32,000 nt of DNA. Source: Propionibacterium ruminifibrarum. Lineage in GTDB: Bacteria; Actinomycetota; Actinomycetes; Propionibacteriales; Propionibacteriaceae. The notes beneath the pieces are model-generated. The model was not told where the DNA came from. It made no database searches and saw nothing but the letters and a program-made list of their open reading frames with translations. How positions within the stretch are numbered: position 1 is the stretch's first letter; every line of letters starts with the position of its first letter. Positions 1 through 7,195 of this stretch are shown one piece after another. The DNA lies in contig NZ_OMOH01000002.1 in NCBI RefSeq assembly GCF_900289195.1, positions 181,206 to 213,205 of the forward strand, given 5' to 3'. Both the position numbers and the translations under genes were made by a program.

Positions 1-188
1 ACCAGCCCGCAGTCCTGCGGACCGGTGGCGTAGGCCTGGCACTGGCTGCAGTAGTCCTCCGGCCTCAACGGGCACATCGGGATGACGGTGCCGGGCGCCT
101 TCTTCCGCGATCCTGCCGCCGATTCGGCTGGTTGCACGTCTGCACCCATCAGGATCACCTCGTCATGCGGAGCGTGGAAGCGTTTCAT
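1..188 (-). CDS. Hypothetical Cys-rich protein; only the N-terminal 62 codons are present because the gene runs off the window edge
   Basis: ATG at 188. The reverse-strand translation MKRFHAPHDEVILMGADVQPAESAAGSRKKAPGTVIPMCPLRPEDYCSQCQAYATGPQDCGLV stays open to position 1. Third codon positions are mostly G/C, like the neighbouring genes. It is absent from the supplied ORF track because there is no stop in the window. No family recognised and no clear RBS. Confidence 0.3.
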   Translation of the reverse strand, partial: MKRFHAPHDEVILMGADVQPAESAAGSRKKAPGTVIPMCPLRPEDYCSQCQAYATGPQDCGL

Positions 189-225
189 CACGACGATACG
201 TCGCGAACAGCCGAAGCACGAGGCC

Positions 226-732
226 CTAGGTGTTGCGGTGGCCAGGTCCTGGCCGGTCCCGGCCCGGGACGAACTCGAAGGCGATGTCGCCGCGGGTGTA
301 ACCGTAGTCGTCGAGCTCGACCCGGCGGAAACCGAACTTCTCGTAGATGCCAAGGGCCGGGCCCAGTCTCGTATTCGAGATGAGCTGGAGACGACTGGCG
401 CCCTTGTTCAGGGCCCAGCGCATGGCTGCGCCGAAGACCAGACTTCCTGCTCCGGCGTGCGGCCGCTCGCTCGTGGAGCCGAGCTTGCAGATCTCCCAGG
501 AAGAACCCGCCCCGGGCTCGGTTCCCGGCACCGGCATGGCCATGCAGCAGGCCAGCACGTCGTCGCCCTCGATGGCGAAGAAGACCATCGCCCCCGTGTC
601 GATGAGTTCCTCAAGGTGCTCGAAGGTCCAGTGGTCCTCATCCTCGAGCGGGCCGAAGTAGGTGGTGATCCATTCGGTGTTGAACCGTATGAAGTAGGGC
701 TTGTACCTGGGTTCGTACTGAACGACGTGCAT
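226..732 (-). CDS. GNAT-family N-acetyltransferase
   Basis: ORF 226..753. I prefer the internal ATG at 732 (MHVVQYEPRYK...) because AGGAG sits 7 nt upstream. The acetyl-CoA-binding-type segment HAGAGSLVFGAAMRWALNKGASRLQL and the C-terminal YEKFGFRRVE are typical of the GNAT fold. Confidence 0.8.
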   Translation of the reverse strand: MHVVQYEPRYKPYFIRFNTEWITTYFGPLEDEDHWTFEHLEELIDTGAMVFFAIEGDDVLACCMAMPVPGTEPGAGSSWEICKLGSTSERPHAGAGSLVFGAAMRWALNKGASRLQLISNTRLGPALGIYEKFGFRRVELDDYGYTRGDIAFEFVPGRDRPGPGHRNT

Positions 733-927
733 GTGACGGCTCCTCTGGCGCACCAGGTTATCCGACCGAACCGGTACTGCCCCCTACGACGGGGATCGGA
801 CGGGCACCGCGTGGATCGTCCGAGACCCTCCGGCGTTGGGCGGCCATCGTGGATCGCCCCGCCGTGAGGGCATGAAGGGCCCTCGTGTGCCGGCTCGGCC
901 CCCGCAATGGTCGGCTCGGCGCCCGGC

Positions 928-1599
928 TCACCACAGTCCGGGGACGACCTTGTACCTCACCCGGTCCCTGTACTCCGCGTAGCCGTCGAGTCCCGCCACG
1001 AGCACCTGCTCCTCGTTCCTGATCCGTTTCGCGATGATCGGGATGGTCAGCAACAGGACGAGCAACGACGGCGGCGATCCCAGGACCAACGCCATGGTGA
1101 GGAACAGCGTCAGGACCGCCGAGTACATCGGGTGCCTGACGATGGCGTACAGACCCGTGTCGATCACCTCGTGATGGTCCTGCACCTCGACGGTTCGCGA
1201 GAGGTAGGCGTTCTCCCGCATCACCTCGGCGCACAGCAGGCAGGAGAGCAGGAAGATCACTGTCGCGACCCAGACGAGCCACGCCGGGATGATGAACCAC
1301 TGGAATCTGTGGTTCAGCCCGGCGACGATGAATGCGGTCACGAGCACCAAGCCGCTCAGCAGGACGACCTGTTTCTGTTCCGTCTCGCCCTCGGTGCTGC
1401 TCAGCCTCTTGCGCAGCAGTTCCGGGTCCTTCATCGCCAGGACGAGCCCCACCCCGAGCATGGGGACGAAGAGCACGATCATGAGCAGCCAGGCATTCCA
1501 GTAGTGCACGGTGCCCGCCGGAACGAGAAGGAGGACGGGGACGAGCACCAGCCCGGCAACGAACCTGCCAAGGGCCAGGGCGAACAGCCTCATGTCCAT
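928..1599 (-). CDS. Isoprenylcysteine carboxyl methyltransferase (ICMT) / phospholipid methyltransferase family membrane protein
   Basis: This is the C-terminal 223 codons of ORF 928..2151. Start at ATG 1599 (MDMRLFALALG...), preceded by GGGAG. The protein has multiple hydrophobic helices and the hallmark C-terminal block VIDTGLYAIVRHPMYSAVLTLF...RIRNEEQVLVAGLDGYAEYRDRVRYKVVPGLW. The upstream part of the ORF is Arg/Gly/Pro-rich junk overlapping the next gene. Confidence 0.8.
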   Translation of the reverse strand: MDMRLFALALGRFVAGLVLVPVLLLVPAGTVHYWNAWLLMIVLFVPMLGVGLVLAMKDPELLRKRLSSTEGETEQKQVVLLSGLVLVTAFIVAGLNHRFQWFIIPAWLVWVATVIFLLSCLLCAEVMRENAYLSRTVEVQDHHEVIDTGLYAIVRHPMYSAVLTLFLTMALVLGSPPSLLVLLLTIPIIAKRIRNEEQVLVAGLDGYAEYRDRVRYKVVPGLW

Positions 1600-1739
1600 G
1601 CCACCACTCCCACCTGCTCCGGTTCGACACGTCTGGAGCATCATCGGCACGGCTCCGGCGAACATGTCAAGGACGTCGGATCCCCCGGGGGGGATCAGCT
1701 GCCACGGAGCCCCGGAGGCCACGTCCTGCCCCAGCGAAG

Positions 1740-2681
1740 TCATCCAGCGGACGAGCCCGCCGACGCGGCGCCTACTCCTTCCCGTGCCCGGGAGGGGACC
1801 TGGGCGAGAACGATCGCGACGAGCATCACGACACAACCGGCCGTCTCGCGGGGACTCATGCGTTCGCCGAGCAGGACCGCCCCCGCCACGACGGCGAACA
1901 CCGCCTCCAGGCTCAACAGCAGGGCCGCGACCGTGGGATCGGTGAACCGTTGGGCGGTGATCTGCAGGGTGTATCCGATGCCCCCGGACACGAGACCGCA
2001 GTACACGATCGGGATCGCGGCCGAGACGATCCTCCCCCAGCTCGGGTCCTCCACCATGAGGGCAACGACGGCCGAGAGGGCCGCCGCGGTGGTGAATTGG
2101 ATTGCCGAGACCCGGATGGGATCCGCGATCCTGGCGAAGTGATCGCAGCACAGGATGTGGCCGCTGAACAGCAGGGCGCTGATGCCGACGAGGGCGTCAC
2201 CACGGGCCGGGCTGAATCCCTCCGTCATGCATATCAGGTACATGCCGGCCACGCCGATCAGTACCGCGAGCCACACCAGCCGGGTCGTCCTTCTCCTGAA
2301 GATCAGGAAACTGACGACGGGAACGAGCAGGATGTACATGGCGGTGATGAAGCCGGCCTTCCCCGCCGTGATGTGGACGATACCCATCTGCTGGAAGATG
2401 CTGGCGGCGGCGAGGAACGCACCGCAGCAGACACCGCCGATGATCGTTCCGTGACGCCGCCGTGATTCCTCCACGACAGGGGCCTGCGAGTTCTCCCCCG
2501 CCACGCGACCCCATGCGAGCGCAACCAGTCCGACCGCGACGGCCGCCAGCGTCATCCTCGCCGCGGTGAACGTGATCGGCTCGATGTCGGCCATGCCGGC
2601 GCGCTGACCGACGAAGGCCGTTCCCCAGAGCATGGCCGTCAGCACCAGGAGCGAGTTCCCCAGTGCCCGCTTGCCGTTCAT
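1740..2681 (-). CDS. EamA/DMT-superfamily transporter (drug/metabolite exporter type)
   Basis: Within ORF 1740..2867, with start at ATG 2681 (MNGKRALGNSLLVLTAMLWGTAFV...). About 10 hydrophobic segments in two EamA-like halves, including the typical N-terminal LWGTAF motif. 313 aa. Confidence 0.85.
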   Translation of the reverse strand: MNGKRALGNSLLVLTAMLWGTAFVGQRAGMADIEPITFTAARMTLAAVAVGLVALAWGRVAGENSQAPVVEESRRRHGTIIGGVCCGAFLAAASIFQQMGIVHITAGKAGFITAMYILLVPVVSFLIFRRRTTRLVWLAVLIGVAGMYLICMTEGFSPARGDALVGISALLFSGHILCCDHFARIADPIRVSAIQFTTAAALSAVVALMVEDPSWGRIVSAAIPIVYCGLVSGGIGYTLQITAQRFTDPTVAALLLSLEAVFAVVAGAVLLGERMSPRETAGCVVMLVAIVLAQVPSRAREGVGAASAGSSAG

Positions 2682-2760
2682 TGTCCGCACCCTGCCATGA
2701 TCACCACACCACCGTTGACCGGCCACCGGAATCATCTGCCGGTGACAGACAGCCCACGCG

Positions 2761-5280
2761 TCAGGCCTGCCCCACGAGTTCGGCCAGGTACCGTCCCGTG
2801 ACGCTCTCCTCGTTCGAGACGATGTCCTCCGGCGCACCGCTCGCAACGATTCGTCCGCCCTGGTCACCGCCTCCCGGCCCCATGTCGACGACGTAGTCGC
2901 AGTTGGCGATCACGTCCAGGTCGTGCTCGATGACAATGACCGTTGCGCCGGCTTCGACGAGGCGGTTGAACACGTCCAGCAGGACCTGCACGTCCAGCGG
3001 GTGCAGCCCGATGGTGGGCTCGTCGAAGACGAACACGCTGCCGACCTGGGTCCTGCCCATCTCGCTCGCCAACTTGAGACGTTGCGCCTCTCCGCCGGAG
3101 AGCGCCGGCGTGTCCTCGCCCAGGGTCAGGTAGCCGAGACCGAGGCCGTCGAGGATGGCCAGCCTCTCGTGGATCTTCTTGGCTCCCCCGAATACCTCCA
3201 GCGCATCGCTGACGGTCATCGCCATGAGCTCCGGCAGGGAGTACGTCGTGTCGGAACGCCCCGGCGACCAGCGGATCTGTTCGGCCTCGGCGCCGTACCG
3301 CGTGCCCTCGCAGGCGGGGCAGACAATCGTGACATCGGGCAGGAACTGAACGTCGAGGGAGATCTGCCCGGTGCCGTCGCACGTCGGGCAGCGCAGCGAG
3401 CCCGTGTTGTAGGAGAAGGCCCCGGCCTTCAGCTTCTGCGCCTTGGCGGCGTCCGTCCCGGCGAAGAGCCTGCGCAGGTTGTCGAGGACTCCGCTGTAGG
3501 TGGCCACGGTGGATCGGACGTTGACCCCGATCGGTGAGGCGTCGATCAGGCTGGCACGGCGGATCCCCTCGGCATCGATGGCCACGACATGGGGCGGCAG
3601 TTTCTGCCCCTCGCACTGCGCCGTGATACCGGGGATCAGGCTCTCCAGCACCATCGTCGTCTTGCCGGAACCCGACACCCCGGTCACGGCGATCAGCCGG
3701 CCCCTGGGCAGTTCGACGTTCAACGCGCGCACCGTGTGGATGGGGGTGGTGGCCATGCGGATGGTCCCCTGCGCGAACAACTCGTCGCGGCCGGCGCGCC
3801 TGCGGGTCAGCACATCGGCTTCCCCGGTGATGAACGGGGCGATCCTGGAGGCCGGCGTACGGGTTATCTCGTCGACGCGGCCCTGGGCGAGGATCGTTCC
3901 GCCCTGGCTGCCGGCCATCGGCCCCAGTTCGATCATGTGGCCGGCACGCTTGAGCACGCGCACGTCGTGATCCACGAGCACCACGGTGTTGCCGTCCGCG
4001 ATGAGGTCGTCGACCACCGCCATGAGGCCGTCGATGTTCGAGGGGTGCAGGCCGATGCTCGGCTCGTCCAGCACGTAGAGCACACCGGTGGTCTCGTTGC
4101 GGACGGCGCGGGCGAGCTGCACACGCTGGCGCTCTCCGGTGGAGAGCGTGCTGCTGGCACGGTCGAGGGACAGGTAGCCGAGCCCGAGGTCGTCGAGGCG
4201 GCGCGCGTTGTCCAGGAACGACTGTCCGATGCTCATGGCCATCGGGCGCATCTGCTCAGGCAGGGTGTCGGGGACCTGCCGGACCCAGTCGATCAGGGTG
4301 TCCAGGGTCATGGCGGTGGCCTCCGCCAGGTCGATGCCGACCAGCGTGGTGGAGCGCACCTTGGCGCTCAGGCGCGTACCGCCGCAGTCGGGGCAGGCGG
4401 CTTCCCGCAGGTACCTCTCCACCCGTTTCATGCCTTTTTCGTCCTTCACCTTGGAGAGCGCGTTCTCGACGGTGTGCACGGCGCTGTAATAGGTGAAGTC
4501 CATCTCGGCCGCCACATTGGTCTTCTCGTTGACGTAGAAGATGTGTTTCTTCTCGGCTGGACCGTGGAAGACGATGTCACGCTCGGCGGGGGTCAGATCG
4601 CGGAAGGGAACATCGGTCCGCACCCCCATTTCGCGGGCGATGTCCTTCATGAGCGCCCACATGAGGTTCTGCCATGGCGCGACGGCACCCTCGTCGATGG
4701 ACAGCGACTCGTCCGGCACGAGGGTGTATTCGTCCACCGTACGGACCACCCCCGTACCCGTGCAGGTGGGGCAGGCGCCGTCGGAGTTGAAGGCCATCTC
4801 CTCCGCGCCGGGCCCGTAGAACTCCTCGCCACAGACGTGACAGGTGATCGGCAGCATGAGGGCCACGTCCATGCTCGGCGGGCAGGAATGCCCGTTGGGG
4901 CAGCGATGACTGCCGAGCCGGGAGAACATCAACCGCAGGCTGTTCAGGAGTTCCGATGCGGTGCCGAAGGTGCTGCGGACCCCGGGGATGCCCGGGCGCT
5001 GGTGGAGGGCGAGCGCGGCAGGGACATGACGGACCTGGTCGACCTCGGCGCGGCCTGCCTGCGTGATCCGGCGGCGCGTGTAGGTGGACAGCGCTTCCAG
5101 GTAGCGACGAGAACCCTCGGCGTACAGCACGCCCAGCGCCAGCGATGACTTCCCCGAGCCCGAGACCCCGGCGATCGCGACCAGTTCGCCGAGGGGGATG
5201 TCGACGTCGATATTCTTCAGATTGTGCACCCGGGCGCCGCGAACGAGAATCTCATTCGGTTTCTTCCTGTCGCTCGTCAT
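2761..5280 (-). CDS. UvrA-like ABC ATPase, class II (UvrA2-type, no UvrB-binding domain)
   Basis: Within ORF 2761..5346, with start at ATG 5280 ([29 protein letters not shown]...). There are two Walker A motifs (GVSGSGKSS and GVSGSGKTT) and two ABC signature motifs ([12 protein letters not shown] and [12 protein letters not shown]). Zn-module Cys pairs are present (CPNGHSC...CHVCG...CPTCTGTG; CPDCGG; CPTCDGTG...CPACEG). Only about 11 residues lie between CPNGHSCPP and CHVCG, where canonical UvrA carries the UvrB-binding domain. Length is 839 aa, against roughly 940-970 aa for class I. Confidence 0.9.
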   Translation of the reverse strand: MTSDRKKPNEILVRGARVHNLKNIDVDIPLGELVAIAGVSGSGKSSLALGVLYAEGSRRYLEALSTYTRRRITQAGRAEVDQVRHVPAALALHQRPGIPGVRSTFGTASELLNSLRLMFSRLGSHRCPNGHSCPPSMDVALMLPITCHVCGEEFYGPGAEEMAFNSDGACPTCTGTGVVRTVDEYTLVPDESLSIDEGAVAPWQNLMWALMKDIAREMGVRTDVPFRDLTPAERDIVFHGPAEKKHIFYVNEKTNVAAEMDFTYYSAVHTVENALSKVKDEKGMKRVERYLREAACPDCGGTRLSAKVRSTTLVGIDLAEATAMTLDTLIDWVRQVPDTLPEQMRPMAMSIGQSFLDNARRLDDLGLGYLSLDRASSTLSTGERQRVQLARAVRNETTGVLYVLDEPSIGLHPSNIDGLMAVVDDLIADGNTVVLVDHDVRVLKRAGHMIELGPMAGSQGGTILAQGRVDEITRTPASRIAPFITGEADVLTRRRAGRDELFAQGTIRMATTPIHTVRALNVELPRGRLIAVTGVSGSGKTTMVLESLIPGITAQCEGQKLPPHVVAIDAEGIRRASLIDASPIGVNVRSTVATYSGVLDNLRRLFAGTDAAKAQKLKAGAFSYNTGSLRCPTCDGTGQISLDVQFLPDVTIVCPACEGTRYGAEAEQIRWSPGRSDTTYSLPELMAMTVSDALEVFGGAKKIHERLAILDGLGLGYLTLGEDTPALSGGEAQRLKLASEMGRTQVGSVFVFDEPTIGLHPLDVQVLLDVFNRLVEAGATVIVIEHDLDVIANCDYVVDMGPGGGDQGGRIVASGAPEDIVSNEESVTGRYLAELVGQA

Positions 5281-5288
5281 GCTGGCAG

Positions 5289-5318
5289 ACTTTACTGCGC
5301 CGTGATCTTGCCGGCAAG
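5289..5318 (-). promoter_or_regulatory. Putative sigma-70-type promoter of the UvrA2 gene, probably leaderless, with a 12-bp palindrome over the -35
   Basis: The reverse strand reads TTGCCG (5317..5312), a 17-nt spacer, TAAAGT (5294..5289), 8 nt without a Shine-Dalgarno sequence, then ATG at 5280. The perfect palindrome CTTGCCGGCAAG (5307..5318) overlaps the -35. This is a pattern match only. Confidence 0.35.
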
Positions 5319-5363
5319 CGCAGCGCCACCCACTGAACGGATGCACCCACTGCTTTCATGGCT

Positions 5364-5408
5364 GAACGGGAACGAGCGGCCCCGCCTTTTCGCGGGGCCG
5401 CCCGTTCC
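5364..5408 (-). terminator. Stem-loop downstream of the ABM gene (intrinsic-terminator-like)
   Basis: The core is a perfect 10-bp GC stem: GCGGCCCCGC (5376..5385), loop CTTTTC, GCGGGGCCGC (5392..5401). The outer pairing GAACGGG/CCCGTTC extends it. It begins 9 nt after the TAA stop at 5417. There is no strong U-tract. Confidence 0.5.
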
Positions 5409-5416
5409 AGCCTGCA

Positions 5417-5707
5417 TTAGAATTCGATGGTATCGAACTGCTCGATGCCGACCTCACCGTCACACAGTTCCGCCAGCTTGGGAAGCAGGGTGGTGAAGTG
5501 CTCGGTGGCGTTGTGGAAGTCGATGGCCGCCTGATCCTTCCAGAACTCCACGATGGCGAAACAGCTGGGATCGTTCTGGCTGACGTTCAGGGAGTAAGAA
5601 ATATTCCCCTCCTCAGCAGCGGACTTGGCCACCAGCTCCTTGGCGATGGCCTTGAAATCCTCGCTGTTCTCAGCCTTGACAGACATTGTGGCAATGATCT
5701 TGATCAT
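5417..5707 (-). CDS. Antibiotic-biosynthesis-monooxygenase (ABM) domain protein, YgiN-like putative quinol monooxygenase
   Basis: Within ORF 5417..5755, with start at ATG 5707 (MIKIIATMSVKAENSEDFKAI...), preceded by GGAAGGA. 96 aa. Contains the pattern EEGNISYSL...DPSCFAIVEFWKDQAAIDFHNATEHF, typical of the ABM ferredoxin-like fold. It ends in TAA and has visibly lower G+C than its neighbours. Confidence 0.75.
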   Translation of the reverse strand: MIKIIATMSVKAENSEDFKAIAKELVAKSAAEEGNISYSLNVSQNDPSCFAIVEFWKDQAAIDFHNATEHFTTLLPKLAELCDGEVGIEQFDTIEF

Positions 5708-5830
5708 GCGACCAGTTCCTTCCAATGCGGTTTGTTCATATCGACAGCAATACACGAATCATATTCCCGGCGTCCCATGGATAAGCATCATTGCAGGTCG
5801 ACGCCGCGCGGGCCGGCGATGCCGCGGACA

Positions 5831-5938
5831 TCACAGCACCCCGGACACCCCCAGGAAGAGGAACAGCAGTGCGGCGAGCAGGAACACCGAGCCGAACACG
5901 GACATCAGGATCCGCAGGACCCTCCCCTCCCGGATCGG
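5831..5938 (-). other. In-frame post-stop extension of the DUF3592-like ORF, encoding a hydrophobic helix (possible pseudogene remnant, readthrough tail or separate 24-aa micropeptide)
   Basis: Directly after the TGA at 5941..5939 the same frame continues as PIREGRVLRILMSVFGSVFLLAALLFLFLGVSGVL and then TGA at 5833..5831. 34 of the 35 codons end in G or C. An internal ATG at 5905 would give a 24-aa peptide. Confidence 0.4.
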
Positions 5939-6376
5939 TCACTGCACATAGGCATTGCGGGGGTCCGCTGGGTCGTACCAGATGTCGACCTCGGAGCCGA
6001 CCGGATAGAGCTCACTCAGTGCGCTCTTGTGGTAGTGGAGATCGCGGTAGTGAAGTGACCTGATGTTGCCGGAGAACGTTACCTGCCGGCCCTTGAACGT
6101 TCTCGGCAGGTCCTCCCTCGTCGTGAGGTTGCTCTGCACGGAGGGGCCTGTCACGCCATACTCGAATCTCGGGCCCGTCACCTCGTAATCCGTGCCGTTG
6201 ACCCGGTACGCGCACCTGGGCAACAAATTGTAACCGTAGTGCACCTTCGAGCCTCCGGTCACCGTGCCGACGACGTGAGCGGTGCAGCGATTCTTGTTGT
6301 CCCTCCGCAGCAATACGATACAGAAACACAGGATCGCCAGGAGTGCACATATTATCGCCAGCAAGTACGCTAACAT
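5939..6376 (-). CDS. DUF3592-like single-pass membrane protein (as annotated up to the TGA at 5939..5941)
   Basis: Within ORF 5939..6412, with start at ATG 6376 (MLAYLLAIICALLAILCFCIVLL...), preceded by GGGGAGG. An N-terminal TM helix is followed by a beta-rich domain ending ...VGSEVDIWYDPADPRNAYVQ. This resembles the family's V.YDP..P motif as I recall it. Confidence 0.6.
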   Translation of the reverse strand: MLAYLLAIICALLAILCFCIVLLRRDNKNRCTAHVVGTVTGGSKVHYGYNLLPRCAYRVNGTDYEVTGPRFEYGVTGPSVQSNLTTREDLPRTFKGRQVTFSGNIRSLHYRDLHYHKSALSELYPVGSEVDIWYDPADPRNAYVQ

Positions 6377-6634
6377 CAACACGACCTCCCCATTCTCGAC
6401 CACACCGGGCAAGGCACCGGCGCGTCATTTTCCCACCTTTCAAGAAATCACCGCGGATGAACCGGAAAGAAAACGAGAGCAATGCCACGCTCTCCAGCCG
6501 TCAAGCCCTCGGGCCGGTGATCCCTCTTCTGGCCGGCCATCAGTGTACCTGAGCCCGATCAAGAGGGGACGAAGCACTCATCCCGGCCCCGCACGTCCGG
6601 CCCCCGCTCGGTGAGCGCTCCCATGAATGGCGAC

Positions 6635-7177
6635 TCACCTTCCCGATGACCATTCCTGCTTCGACATGCACGTGATGTGTTCTGTCCGGAGCAGTCCCGG
6701 TATCGCACAAGGAACGTCCTCCACGGTGCGCTGATAGGTGAACCCGCACTTCTCCTGCACCCGCCTCGACTGCGTATTCCCATCGAAGTAGCCGCACCAG
6801 ATCCTGTCCAGCCCCAGATCCTCGAAGCCATGGCGGATGACCTCACGGACCGCCTCCGGAATGAGCCCCTGCCCCCAGTAGGGAACACCGATCCAGAAGC
6901 CGATCTCACCCTCGGTGTCCGGAATGCCGATGTTGCTCGCCGCACCGATCATCAATCCGATGCTGCCGACCGGTCGCCGTGTCCGTTTCAGGACCACCGC
7001 ATATGTCTCCGGCGCGGACAGTACGCCCCGGATGATCTGGCGGCTGTTCTCAACGCTCGTGTGAACGGCCCACCCGGCGATCGGCCCCACGGCGGGATCG
7101 CTGGCGTACTTGAACAAGTCTTCCGCATCGTTCTCAGTCCAGCAGCGCAGCAGCAGCCTCTCTGTCTCTAGCCTCAT
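6635..7177 (-). CDS. GNAT-family N-acetyltransferase (RimJ/RimL-like)
   Basis: ORF 6635..7177. The N-terminus [28 protein letters not shown] and later [27 protein letters not shown]...[15 protein letters not shown] are typical of the RimJ/RimL subgroup. GGGGGAG lies 5 nt upstream. The gene starts 18 bp after the stop of the upstream methyltransferase gene. Confidence 0.85.
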   Translation of the reverse strand: MRLETERLLLRCWTENDAEDLFKYASDPAVGPIAGWAVHTSVENSRQIIRGVLSAPETYAVVLKRTRRPVGSIGLMIGAASNIGIPDTEGEIGFWIGVPYWGQGLIPEAVREVIRHGFEDLGLDRIWCGYFDGNTQSRRVQEKCGFTYQRTVEDVPCAIPGLLRTEHITCMSKQEWSSGR

Positions 7178-7195
7178 TGAGACTCCCCCACGCTC

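Noticed and set aside
82-867. A 261-aa plus-strand ORF and other overlapping frames at 82..1630
   Set aside because: They are antisense to or out of frame with the GNAT gene (226..732), which has clear family motifs and an RBS.
1600-2151. The long N-terminal extension of the ICMT-type ORF (928..2151), and likewise 2682..2867 of the EamA ORF and 8316..8846 of the trkA ORF
   Set aside because: The extensions are Arg/Gly/Pro-rich, overlap neighbouring genes or intergenic DNA, and precede internal starts that have RBSs and match the usual family N-termini.
3589-5148. A 519-aa plus-strand ORF, together with ORFs 2923..3537 and 3500..3970, inside the UvrA2 gene
   Set aside because: These are antisense shadow frames of a gene with clear ABC ATPase motifs. 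They contain no motifs of their own.
5417-5445. A possible LexA/SOS box (TCGAAC...) near the UvrA2 upstream region
   Set aside because: The sequence TCGAACTGCTCGAT lacks the second half-site GTTCGA, and it lies inside the ABM coding sequence. No TCGAAC-N4-GTTCGA match was seen upstream of the UvrA-like gene.
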